The notes under the pieces are model-generated. The model had not been told where the DNA came from. It did not search any database and saw only the letters and a program-made list of their open reading frames with translations. From assembly GCA_041178105.1 (NCBI GenBank), contig JBEGVX010000007.1, forward strand, positions 1 through 33,379: a stretch of DNA of 33,379 bases, given 5' to 3'. Positions within the stretch are counted from its first letter, which is position 1, and each line of letters begins with the position of its first letter. This document shows positions 10,601-19,896 of this stretch, piece after piece. The position numbers and the translations under genes are program-made. Source of the stretch: Actinomycetota bacterium (GTDB taxonomy: Bacteria; Actinomycetota; Actinomycetes; Nanopelagicales; Nanopelagicaceae).

Positions 10601-11177
10601 GTTCTCGGCCCTGGAAGAACGTGCGAAGTATCTCGCTGATCAGTTAGAAGACCTGAAGAATACCCGTCGCGATTTGCTGGAAATTGTTCGTGAAGTTGAT
10701 GAGCGAGTGGAGACAATTTTCAAAGAGGCCTACCGCGATACTGCAAAAGCTTTTAGTGAGATATTCCCACGCCTCTTCCCTGATGGCGATGGCCGTCTCA
10801 TTCTTACCAATCCGGAAGATTGGCTTACCACTGGTGTCGACGTCGAAGCGCGACCACCAGGAAAGCGTGTAAAACGACTCTCGCTTCTCTCAGGTGGTGA
10901 GCGCTCACTCACCGCAGTAGCTCTTCTTGTGGCGATTTTTAAAGCTCGCCCCAGCCCGTTCTATGTACTCGACGAGGTTGAAGCCGCGCTCGATGACGTG
11001 AACTTAGGGCGGTTGCTTGAAGTGCTTTCCGAACTTCGAGCGGATTCGCAATTGATCATCGTTACCCATCAGAAACGGACGATGGAGATTGCAGATTCGC
11101 TCTATGGCGTGACCATGCGTGGCGACGGGGTGACTGAAGTTATCTCACAGCGAATTCGTGAAATTGAGAACGCCTAG
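7632..11177 (+). CDS. smc: Chromosome segregation protein SMC
   Basis: GFKSF, Walker A GPNGSGKSN, long coiled coils around a hinge, LSGGE signature, LDEVEAALD. Confidence 0.97.
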   Translation: MYLKALTLKGFKSFASATTLRFEPGITCVVGPNGSGKSNIIDALTWVMGEQGAKSLRGGKMEDVIFAGTTGRAPLGRAEVSVTIDNTDGALPIEFSEVTISRILFRNGTSEYQINGETSRLLDIQELLSDSGIGREMHVVVGQGQLDSILSANPEERRAFIEEASGILKHRKRKEKALRKLEAMQANFARIQDLLTELRRQLKPLGKQAEVAKKAATIQADVRDAKLRLYAEDLITLQETFTVEVADEGALRARRSEVERELEVIRAREGELEQLTFSQAPVLAKAQDTFYQLNSLRERFRGSANLASERARYLSDSEEVLASTVDPEAMERDASGIREQERALRQTLVAQQEALTVASANLAGAEAELKARENALAQALRAAADVREGNARREGEINSLLSRIQASEAEIARLSRNRDDALNRAAQAQQQFAAKEAEIAGHGAGEEELDSDYQGKKSALDSANAELESLRDRERSIERERSSTQARVEALKLSVASRDGSAALLNSRNEVPVLGSLASLMEVASGWEIAIGAALGSLADAVVVGRLSDALDALTLLKRENAGRAEIVVVGSLETPLQVFNQPLPQGAYRAVDVIRTVQLQRPLAQFLGNTVIAESLNIAHSILQQYPTLRVVTKEGDILGRDLVSGGSKRESSIVELNAAIEVSEQKLVELTHNGERLRFEISQAVEKVNAQRNELERLLAALNESDARMAALAEQIAVFSQTRSAAHAEAERLTASIGEANDLIASYQSDLIALQSAPIAVTPVVEPQSFDVDALRERVSLARTVEMEARLTLRTGEERANAMAERAVALERGAQNERDSRVRAIAKREARATAAVVAQRLAEIAYDALIQIEVSITKAMAERSALESARTEREGEILAVRSKNRELTAEMEQLTDSVHKDEIARAEQRMRIEQLEEKIITEFGLDTATLIGEYGPTNDVPTFVLDDDGQVISTEVIPYRRDQQEKRLAAAERSLALLGKINPLALEEFSALEERAKYLADQLEDLKNTRRDLLEIVREVDERVETIFKEAYRDTAKAFSEIFPRLFPDGDGRLILTNPEDWLTTGVDVEARPPGKRVKRLSLLSGGERSLTAVALLVAIFKARPSPFYVLDEVEAALDDVNLGRLLEVLSELRADSQLIIVTHQKRTMEIADSLYGVTMRGDGVTEVISQRIREIENA

Positions 11178-12022
11178 TGGCGCTCTTTAGTAAATTCACC
11201 TCGCTCTTCAAGCGCGCTGAAGGCGCGCCATCTTCTGAGCGGGGCCAAATTGATTGGAATGATTTAGAGAGCACATTAATTGGCGCTGATCTTGGACCGA
11301 ACCTCGCACGTTCAGTATCGGAACGCCTTCGTGAAGATAAACACCTCTCATTACATGATGCACTTGCAGAGCTTTTAGTGAGAAGCGATCGCGCGTTACT
11401 GCACGCGGAGATTTCACCTACGGTAATTCTCGTAGTTGGCGTCAATGGCAGCGGTAAAACTACGAGCGTGGGAAAGCTTGGAGCGCTGTTGGCGGCAGAT
11501 GGTAAATCAGTAGTTGTTGTTGCGGCAGATACCTTTCGTGCCGCTGCGCGTCAACAATTAGAGACTTGGGCTGCACGTTCTGGTCTTCTCTGTTTTGGAG
11601 GTAGAGATGGGGCTGATCCCGCCGCAGTTGCCTTTGACGGCGTGAGCCAAGCGATTGAGCGCGACGCAGATTTTGTTCTCATCGATACCGCTGGTCGTTT
11701 GCACACAAAAGAGGGGCTGATGGATCAACTCGGCAAGATACGTCGAGTAGTTGAGAAAAAAGCGCCGGTAAGTGAAGTACTCCTTGTACTCGATGGAAGT
11801 ACTGGTCAGAACGCGCTGGCCCAGGCAGAGAACTTCACCGCTGCCGTAGCGGTCACCGGCGTGGTCCTCACAAAGCTCGATGGCTCCACTCGAGGGGGCT
11901 CAGCCCTTGCCATTGAGCACGCTCTGGGAATTCCCATCAAATATGTTGGCACTGGTGAAGGGGTGGGCGATTTCGCTCCTTTCGCTCCGGAGAGCTATAT
12001 CTCGGGGCTGCTCAACGAGTAA
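11177..12022 (+). CDS. ftsY: SRP receptor FtsY (compact NG-domain form)
   Basis: GVNGSGKTT, AADTFRAAA, DTAGRL, TKLDGSTRGG; GTG start overlaps the smc stop. Confidence 0.95.
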   Translation: MALFSKFTSLFKRAEGAPSSERGQIDWNDLESTLIGADLGPNLARSVSERLREDKHLSLHDALAELLVRSDRALLHAEISPTVILVVGVNGSGKTTSVGKLGALLAADGKSVVVVAADTFRAAARQQLETWAARSGLLCFGGRDGADPAAVAFDGVSQAIERDADFVLIDTAGRLHTKEGLMDQLGKIRRVVEKKAPVSEVLLVLDGSTGQNALAQAENFTAAVAVTGVVLTKLDGSTRGGSALAIEHALGIPIKYVGTGEGVGDFAPFAPESYISGLLNE

Positions 12023-12029
12023 GGCACCT

Positions 12030-12097
12030 GTGACAATCGGAAACATTCTTGTTACAGAACGCCAGGATTGTTTATCAACCTGAAACCTCCCACTAAC
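12030..12097 (+). promoter_or_regulatory. Candidate GlnR boxes upstream of amt-glnK
   Basis: GTGAC-n5-GAAAC-n6-GTTAC (12030-12055) and GAAAC-n6-CTAAC (12082-12097) fit the GTnAC/GAAAC, AC-n9-AC pattern of actinobacterial GlnR sites. Confidence 0.65.
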
Positions 12098-12178
12098 CCC
12101 TCTGACGTCGAGCCCCCGCATAGTTACCCCACCTGCTGCACGATTAGGCAGATTTCTAACAGAGTGGGAGTTAATGAA

Positions 12179-13809
<1,631 letters not shown>

Positions 13810-13865
13810 CTGCAGGAGAAAAAGCTAACAATCTGGTAGCTCTCGACGGTAGGTAGGCTAGGGGA

Positions 13866-15326
13866 GTGTTTGATGCGCTCACCTCGCGGATGTCGAGAAC
13901 CCTTGCAGGATTGCGAAGTCGTGGGCGGATCAATCCCGTTGATCTCGAATCAACAGTGGGAGAGATCCGCACCGCGCTTTTAGAGGCCGATGTTGCGCTC
14001 GTCGTTGTCGATCAATTAGTTGCCGATGTTAGGCGACGGGGATTAGAAGCGATATCACTCAAACAATCAGGTATCAATCCAGCGCAACAAGTCATCACCA
14101 TCATCCATGAAGAGATTCTCAAAATTCTTGGAACTAATGCGCGCTCGCTTACGACATCAAAACGCCCCCCTACCAAAATCATGCTTGCCGGTTTGCAAGG
14201 TTCTGGAAAGACCACCCTTGCCGGCAAGCTAGCGCTCTGGTTAAAGGAGCAAGGAAATACCCCTCTTCTTGTCGCATGCGATCTTGCTAGGCCTAATGCG
14301 GTGCAACAGCTTCAAGTAATTGGTGAACAGATTGGCGTTCCAGTTTTTGCACCAGAACCTGGGAACGGAATCGGCGATCCAATTAACGTTGCATCATCTG
14401 GGCTAGCTTTTGCGGAGCAGCGCTTACACAACTACGTCATTTTCGATACCGCCGGTCGATTAGGCGTTGATGTGGAATTGATGAAACAGGCGCGCTCAAT
14501 TAAAAATGCAGTGACTCCAGATGACACTCTTTTTGTTGTTGATGCAATGACAGGTCAGGACGCAGTAAATACTGCGAATGCATTTAATACTGGAGTAGGT
14601 ATTGATGGTGTTGTGCTTACCAAAGTAGATAGCGATGCGCGTGCTGGCGCTGCGCTTTCTGTCACTTCAGTTATTGGTAAACCAATTCTCTTCCTCTCAA
14701 CAGGCGAGAAGAGTCAAGATTTCGAACCTTTCTACCCAGAGCGAATGGCGCAGCGAATTTTGGGGATGGGAGATGTCGCCACTCTCGCTGAACAGGCGAA
14801 GAAAGCTCTTGATGAGAAGAGCGCTGCTCGCCTAGAAGAGAAATTTACGAGCGGCGAAGATTTCACCTTCGATGATTTCCTTGAACAATTACAGGCAATG
14901 AAAAAGATGGGCTCGATGTCAAAGTTACTTGGCATGTTGCCAGGGATGCCTGGTGCACAAGGTGCAGCGATGAAAAAGCAGATTGAATCACTAGATGACA
15001 GTGAGACAGATCGCGCAGCTGCAATTATTCAATCGATGACACCTGAAGAGAGATCGAATCCCAAGATTATGAATGGCTCCCGACGACTGCGTATCGCAAA
15101 AGGAAGTGGCCATGAAGTGTCGACGGTTAATAAATTGTTGGATCGTTTCGCGGCTGCACAGAAAGCGATGAAGCAGCTCCGCCAGGGCGGGGGAGCAGGT
15201 TTACCACCTGGTTTAGGGGGAGCAGCTGCTCTTGCGCCCAGCGGAATGGGGCGCCGAGAACAGCGGCCGGCAAAGAAATCTCGCTCCGGAAACCCTGCGA
15301 AGCGGGCTCAGGAGGAGCGCGGTTAG
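13866..15326 (+). CDS. ffh: Signal recognition particle protein
   Basis: ALLEADV, GLQGSGKTT, DTAGRL, RILGMGD, M-domain IIQSMTPEER. TAGGCT -10 lies 6 nt before the GTG start (leaderless). Confidence 0.97.
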   Translation: MFDALTSRMSRTLAGLRSRGRINPVDLESTVGEIRTALLEADVALVVVDQLVADVRRRGLEAISLKQSGINPAQQVITIIHEEILKILGTNARSLTTSKRPPTKIMLAGLQGSGKTTLAGKLALWLKEQGNTPLLVACDLARPNAVQQLQVIGEQIGVPVFAPEPGNGIGDPINVASSGLAFAEQRLHNYVIFDTAGRLGVDVELMKQARSIKNAVTPDDTLFVVDAMTGQDAVNTANAFNTGVGIDGVVLTKVDSDARAGAALSVTSVIGKPILFLSTGEKSQDFEPFYPERMAQRILGMGDVATLAEQAKKALDEKSAARLEEKFTSGEDFTFDDFLEQLQAMKKMGSMSKLLGMLPGMPGAQGAAMKKQIESLDDSETDRAAAIIQSMTPEERSNPKIMNGSRRLRIAKGSGHEVSTVNKLLDRFAAAQKAMKQLRQGGGAGLPPGLGGAAALAPSGMGRREQRPAKKSRSGNPAKRAQEERG

Positions 15327-15376
15327 GTCAGCCCCGTTTTGGCGGTTCGGGCCGCTGCTGGCAAGATAGGGACCCT

Positions 15377-15459
15377 TGAGAACGGGCCCTCTCTCCCGTA
15401 CTCATAAACCTCGAGGCAGTTGCCCGCTTCCTCATAACGTAAAAGAACTTGGAGAGTTT
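15377..15459 (+). ncRNA. Candidate structured 5' leader of the rpsP operon
   Basis: Hairpin TGAG-A-ACGGG/CCCGT-A-CTCA with loop CCCTCTCT. CTCTCC is complementary to the SD GGAGAG at 15451-15456. Confidence 0.45.
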
Positions 15460-15984
15460 GTGGCTGCAAAAATTCGTTTAGCTCGTATGGGAAAGATTCG
15501 CACTCCGCATTTTCGGATTGTCGTTGCTGATTCACGCTCGGCGCGTAACAGCAAGGCCATCGAAGAGATTGGTCGGTACTCACCCGCTCAAGAGCCTTCA
15601 TTAATCATCATCAATTCTGAGCGCGCTCTTTATTGGATGGGCGTTGGCGCAACCCCTACCCCCGCAGTTGAAGCGTTGTTGAAGATCACTGGTGATTGGC
15701 AGAAGCATTACGACTTGCCAGGCAAAGAGGGCACGCTCAAAGTTGCTCCGCCGCGACCTGATCGCCGCGCCGCCTTCGAAGCTGCTGCAAAAGATGCGAT
15801 GAACGAGCCAAAAGATGGCGCTACCACTTTGAAGAAGCGTGCAGCAGAGAAGCTTGCTGCGAAAAACGCACCAAAGGTTGAAGCTGCGGATGAAACTCCA
15901 GCAGCTGCGCCTGCAGAGGCAGAAGAAGCTCCTGTAGCTCAAGCAACGGAGAGCGCACCTGAGAGCGCTCCAGTAAGCGAGTAA
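15460..15984 (+). CDS. rpsP: 30S ribosomal protein S16 with actinobacterial C-terminal extension
   Basis: [37 protein letters not shown]. True start is GTG 15460, after SD GGAGAG. Confidence 0.96.
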   Translation: MAAKIRLARMGKIRTPHFRIVVADSRSARNSKAIEEIGRYSPAQEPSLIIINSERALYWMGVGATPTPAVEALLKITGDWQKHYDLPGKEGTLKVAPPRPDRRAAFEAAAKDAMNEPKDGATTLKKRAAEKLAAKNAPKVEAADETPAAAPAEAEEAPVAQATESAPESAPVSE

Positions 15985-15986
15985 CC

Positions 15987-16220
15987 ATGATTGATGAGGC
16001 GCTAGAACATCTCATCAAAGGGATTGTTGATCATCCCTCTGATGTTGTCGTCAGTGAAAAAAATGGGCGTCGCGGTTTGACCTACGAAGTACGAGTTCAT
16101 CCAGAAGATATTGGCAAAGTAATCGGCCGCGCTGGACGCACTGCGAAAGCGCTTCGAACTGTTGCAAGCGCTCTTGCCCGTCGACCCATTCGAGTGGATC
16201 TTCTCGAGGCTGACGAATAA
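15987..16220 (+). CDS. khpA: KH-domain RNA-binding protein KhpA
   Basis: VHPEDIGKVIGRAGRTAKALR; located between rpsP and rimM. Confidence 0.93.
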   Translation: MIDEALEHLIKGIVDHPSDVVVSEKNGRRGLTYEVRVHPEDIGKVIGRAGRTAKALRTVASALARRPIRVDLLEADE

Positions 16221-16222
16221 CA

Positions 16223-16741
16223 ATGCTCCTGACCGTCGGCCGAATTGGTCGCGTTCATGGCATACGCGGTGAAGTCACCGTGGAAGTACTGACCGATTCA
16301 CCTGATGACCGCTTTTATCCCGGCGCACAACTGGCAACCGATCCCGAGCGCGTCGGTGGCTTAACTATCGAAAGCGTAAGGTGGCATAACTCAACCCTGC
16401 TCCTTGGTTTTGCAGGCTTTGATGATCGGAACGCAGGGGAAACGCTTCGCAATGTAAAACTGCTTGCTGAAGTTGATCTTGATGATGTCGAAGAGGATGA
16501 GTATCACATCCAACAATTAATTGGCCTCACTGTCTTTCATGTGAACCCTGAAAAAGGCTCCCAGTCAATTGGTGAGGTATCCGGAGTTATTACAGGTGTT
16601 GCCCAAGATTTATTAGAAATTACAAAACCAAATGGAAGAGAATTTCTCATTCCTTTTGTGAAAGCGTTGGTGCCGAATGTCGACCTTTCACTAGGGAAAA
16701 TTTTCATTGACCCTCCGGGGGGTCTGATCGATGAAGATTGA
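16223..16741 (+). CDS. rimM: Ribosome maturation factor RimM
   Basis: VGRIGRVHGIRGEV, QLIGL, LIPFV, IDPPGGL. Confidence 0.95.
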   Translation: MLLTVGRIGRVHGIRGEVTVEVLTDSPDDRFYPGAQLATDPERVGGLTIESVRWHNSTLLLGFAGFDDRNAGETLRNVKLLAEVDLDDVEEDEYHIQQLIGLTVFHVNPEKGSQSIGEVSGVITGVAQDLLEITKPNGREFLIPFVKALVPNVDLSLGKIFIDPPGGLIDED

Positions 16742-17444
16742 TATCGCAACGCTCTTTCCCGAGTACTTTGCGCCGCTTTCGCTCTCTCTCTTAGGTAAGG
16801 CACAAGATGAGGGAATCCTGGAGATAAGAACGCACAATCTTCGAGATCACGCTCCAGGGGTGCACAAGAGCGTCGATGACACTCCTTATGGGGGTGGCGC
16901 TGGGATGGTCATGATGGCCGAACCCATCGCACAAACTATTGATCCAATTATCGAGAGTGATTCACAAACCATTTTGATTATTCCCACTCCAGCAGGCAAG
17001 AGATTTACCCAGCCCATTGCACAAAATCTCTCTCAAGCGAAACATTTACTTTTTCTATGTGGGCGTTACGAAGGAATCGATGCTCGCATTCCACGGTATT
17101 ACCGCGAGGTCGTGCAGATTGAAGTACTCGAACTTTCACTCGGTGATTACGTGCTTGCTGGAGGCGAGGTGGCAACCCTTGCGATGATTGAAGCGATCAC
17201 TCGATTGATCCCAGGTGTTTTGGGAAATCCCGAATCTTTACTGGAAGAGTCACATGTAATTCGCGATCAGCTGAGCTCCGAGGAGCAGGCGCAAGCGCTC
17301 GTCGAATATCCGAATTACACAAAGCCGCCACTTTGGAGAGGTCTTGAAGTCCCCGAGATCCTTACCTCAGGCAACCATGGCGCGATTGCCCGCTGGCGTT
17401 TGGAGCAAGCCAAGGCGCGAAGTCTGGCCCAGGGGCTGAATTAA
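16731..17444 (+). CDS. trmD: tRNA (guanine37-N1)-methyltransferase
   Basis: VDDTPYGGGAGMVM, CGRYEGID, SLGDYVLAGGE, SGNHG. Confidence 0.97.
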   Translation: MKIDIATLFPEYFAPLSLSLLGKAQDEGILEIRTHNLRDHAPGVHKSVDDTPYGGGAGMVMMAEPIAQTIDPIIESDSQTILIIPTPAGKRFTQPIAQNLSQAKHLLFLCGRYEGIDARIPRYYREVVQIEVLELSLGDYVLAGGEVATLAMIEAITRLIPGVLGNPESLLEESHVIRDQLSSEEQAQALVEYPNYTKPPLWRGLEVPEILTSGNHGAIARWRLEQAKARSLAQGLN

Positions 17445-17493
17445 GGAGCGGATTTGGGTAATCCCCAGGCGCACGGCAGAATAGGGCGCCTTG

Positions 17494-17570
17494 GCGAGAA
17501 ATGCGCCCCGCCGCAGGGGAGCGAGTTTCTAATCGCGAAGTGGTCCTAATTAGGTTATCGACCTGCGGCG
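17494..17570 (+). ncRNA. Candidate pseudoknotted 5' leader of rplS
   Basis: Interrupted hairpin at 17494-17536 whose loop GCCGCAG is complementary to CTGCGGC at 17563-17569; CAGAAT -10 at 17477-17482. Confidence 0.5.
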
Positions 17571-17598
17571 ATTACCAGAGAAAAACGAGATATCGATC

Positions 17599-18114
17599 AT
17601 GAATACATTGGACGCTCTTGATGCGGCAACCCTTCGCCGCGACCTCCCATCCTTCCGCCCTGGCGATGAATTGAAGATTCACGTCCGCGTTATCGAAGGT
17701 AATAAATCCCGTATCCAGGTCTTCCAAGGCTTGGTCATCCGTCGTCGCGGTAGCGGCGTTCGTGAGAGCTTCACCATTCGTAAAATCTCTTACGGTGTTG
17801 GTGTTGAGCGAACTTTCCCAGTACACACCCCTGTCATCGAAAAGATTGAAGTAGTTCGACGTGGCGATGTTCGTCGCGCGAAGTTGTACTACCTCCGCGA
17901 GTTGCGCGGTAAGGCATCAAAGATTCGTGAACGTCGCGGTGGCAATTTCGGACCGAGCGAGACAATTGTCTTTGAAACTGGCGAGGCAGAGGAAGTCACT
18001 GCAGAGGCGCTAGCGCCAGTCGAGGCCGTCGAGGCTGTCGAGGCTGTCGAGGCAGCTGCTGCCGTTGAGACCACAGAGAACGCGACCGAGACTGAGAAAG
18101 AGAAAACCGAGTAG
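17599..18114 (+). CDS. rplS: 50S ribosomal protein L19 with acidic C-terminal tail
   Basis: [34 protein letters not shown]. Confidence 0.97.
   Translation: MNTLDALDAATLRRDLPSFRPGDELKIHVRVIEGNKSRIQVFQGLVIRRRGSGVRESFTIRKISYGVGVERTFPVHTPVIEKIEVVRRGDVRRAKLYYLRELRGKASKIRERRGGNFGPSETIVFETGEAEEVTAEALAPVEAVEAVEAVEAAAAVETTENATETEKEKTE
18019..18054 (+). repeat. In-frame 9-bp tandem repeat (GTCGAGGCN)x4 encoding (VEA)4
   Basis: Read directly from the sequence within the rplS tail. Confidence 0.9.
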
Positions 18115-18788
18115 TGAAACTTCCGCGGAAGGGTTCGCTCCTTCGCGAAATTCCAATTCTCATTGTTGTTTCACTTTTCATCTCGATAATCATTAAGGCG
18201 TTCTTGATTCAGGCGTTCTACATTCCCTCTGGGTCTATGCAAACCACTCTTGAAATCAACGATCGAGTTATTGTGAATAAGTTCGGGAATTTTTTCACCG
18301 ATGTAAAGCGTGGCGATGTGGTGGTATTCCGCGATCCGGGAGGATGGTTACCTCCAGCTTTTCAGGAGAAACGTTCCGCTCCATTACAAGCCCTTCGTAA
18401 CGGTTTAGTTTTCGTCGGGCTCGCTCCAGATCCAGCTAAGCAACATTTAATTAAGCGTGTAATCGGTGTAGGTGGAGATCGCATCGTCTGTTGTGATGCC
18501 TCTGGCGCCCTTGTGATCAACGGGAAACCAGTTAAAGAGAAGTACTTATACGAAGGAAACGCTCCAAGCGAAATGAAATTTGATGTAACTGTTCCAAAGG
18601 GATCGCTTTGGGCAATGGGTGATCATCGGGCAGCGAGTGAAGATTCTCGCTATCACCAGGAAGATCCAAATAAAGGAATGGTTCCGCTTAATAAAGTAGT
18701 AGGACGAGCTTTTTTAGTGATTTGGCCAGTACAACATTTCGGGCTCTTGCCTCGACCAGATGCGTTGACCGCAATTCCAGTGAAATGA
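18114..18788 (+). CDS. lepB: Signal peptidase I
   Basis: N-terminal TM segment, IPSGSM (catalytic Ser), RGDVVVF, LIKRVIG (catalytic Lys), MGDHRAASEDSR. Confidence 0.96.
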   Translation: MKLPRKGSLLREIPILIVVSLFISIIIKAFLIQAFYIPSGSMQTTLEINDRVIVNKFGNFFTDVKRGDVVVFRDPGGWLPPAFQEKRSAPLQALRNGLVFVGLAPDPAKQHLIKRVIGVGGDRIVCCDASGALVINGKPVKEKYLYEGNAPSEMKFDVTVPKGSLWAMGDHRAASEDSRYHQEDPNKGMVPLNKVVGRAFLVIWPVQHFGLLPRPDALTAIPVK

Positions 18789-19387
18789 ACCCCGAGGCTG
18801 CACTTCGAGCGGCGGGCTTTACCCTTATCGCTGGCGTTGATGAGGCGGGACGGGGTGCATATGCCGGCCCACTTGTTATTGCAGCAGTAATCCTTGACCC
18901 TGCACGCCCTGTGAGTGAGGTGGGGGATTCCAAATCTTTCACCGAAGATAGACGTAGGGAGCTTGCCGCAGAGATTAAAGAGCGAGCATTGGCATATTCC
19001 ATCATCACGATAGATTCTGACGAGATTGATGAACAGGGGTTACATCCCTCCAACATAGGCGGAATGCGTCGTGCGCTGACTGCGCTCACAGAGCAACCCG
19101 ACTACATCATCACTGATGGTTACCACGTTCAAGGTCTTAATATTCCATCGATTGCGATGTGGCGTGGGGATCAGGTGAGTGATTCGGTCGGTGCTGCTTC
19201 AATAGTGGCAAAGGATCATCGAGATCAACTCATGATCGCTTGGGATAGCCAATATCCAGAGTATGGATTTGCTCAACATAAGGGTTATGGCACAGCCGCT
19301 CATCAACGAGCGATAGAAGAGCACGGTATTTTGCCAATTCATCGAAAATCTTTTGCACCGATTGCTCGTTTACTTGAGTCATATTAA
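18785..19387 (+). CDS. rnhB: Ribonuclease HII
   Basis: AGVDEAGRG, DSK, AASIVAK, HKGYGT, HRKSF. Start is ATG 18785 (ATGA overlap with lepB). Confidence 0.95.
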   Translation: MNPEAALRAAGFTLIAGVDEAGRGAYAGPLVIAAVILDPARPVSEVGDSKSFTEDRRRELAAEIKERALAYSIITIDSDEIDEQGLHPSNIGGMRRALTALTEQPDYIITDGYHVQGLNIPSIAMWRGDQVSDSVGAASIVAKDHRDQLMIAWDSQYPEYGFAQHKGYGTAAHQRAIEEHGILPIHRKSFAPIARLLESY

Positions 19388-19391
19388 TTAG

Positions 19392-19427
19392 CAAGTAATC
19401 AACCAAGTAATCAACCAAGTAATCAAC
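19392..19427. repeat. Perfect intergenic tandem repeat (CAAGTAATCAAC)x3
   Basis: Three identical 12-mers starting at 19392, 19404 and 19416, with no spacers. Confidence 0.95.
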
Positions 19428-19469
19428 AGAGCCGCCCTGCCCACTTCTTTCCACAACGCTTCACCTCTC

Positions 19470-19491
19470 TGTCAGCGAGCAAACTTAGGTT
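19470..19491 (+). promoter_or_regulatory. RecA-NDp/PafBC-type promoter, leaderless, for yraN-comM-dprA
   Basis: TGTCAG-N10-TAGGTT matches TGTCRG-N10-TAnnnT; the ATG follows 6 nt later. Confidence 0.7.
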
Positions 19492-19497
19492 GACGCC

Positions 19498-19896
19498 ATG
19501 TCAATTGCCTCTCGCTCTAGATTCTCCCATCGACCCCATCAATTAGGAAAAGCAGGCGAGGATACGGCAGTCAATTATTTAATTGCCAATGGTTATCAGA
19601 TTCTTGAGCGAAATTGGCGTGGTACACATGGAGAGATAGATATCATCACAAAGTTTGCAAACGTTGTCTCTGGTCAGCCAGAGATTATTTTTGTTGAGGT
19701 AAAAACTCGTTCCACCATCGAGTTTGGTGCACCTATTGAGGCAATCACGAAAGAGAAATATCGACGTCTTTATCTACTGGGGCGAGAGTGGATAGCTACC
19801 AACCAACCATTCGCTCCGTGGCGCATCGATCTTCTTGCTCTCCTGGGCTCCAAGAAGAGTTTTCGCATCTCGCATATCAAAGGGTTGATTGCATAA
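19498..19896 (+). CDS. yraN: YraN family (UPF0102) PD-(D/E)XK nuclease
   Basis: LGKAGED, GYQILERNWR, GEIDII, FVEVKTR, RIDL. Confidence 0.93.
   Translation: MSIASRSRFSHRPHQLGKAGEDTAVNYLIANGYQILERNWRGTHGEIDIITKFANVVSGQPEIIFVEVKTRSTIEFGAPIEAITKEKYRRLYLLGREWIATNQPFAPWRIDLLALLGSKKSFRISHIKGLIA

Noticed and set aside
7632-11177. SMC as part of a Wadjet/MksBEF defence system
   Set aside because: It is a canonical housekeeping SMC in the rnc-mutM-smc-ftsY context, with no jet/mks partners nearby.
19392-19427. Possible mini-CRISPR array
   Set aside because: The repeats are 12 bp and directly abutting, with no spacers and no cas genes.
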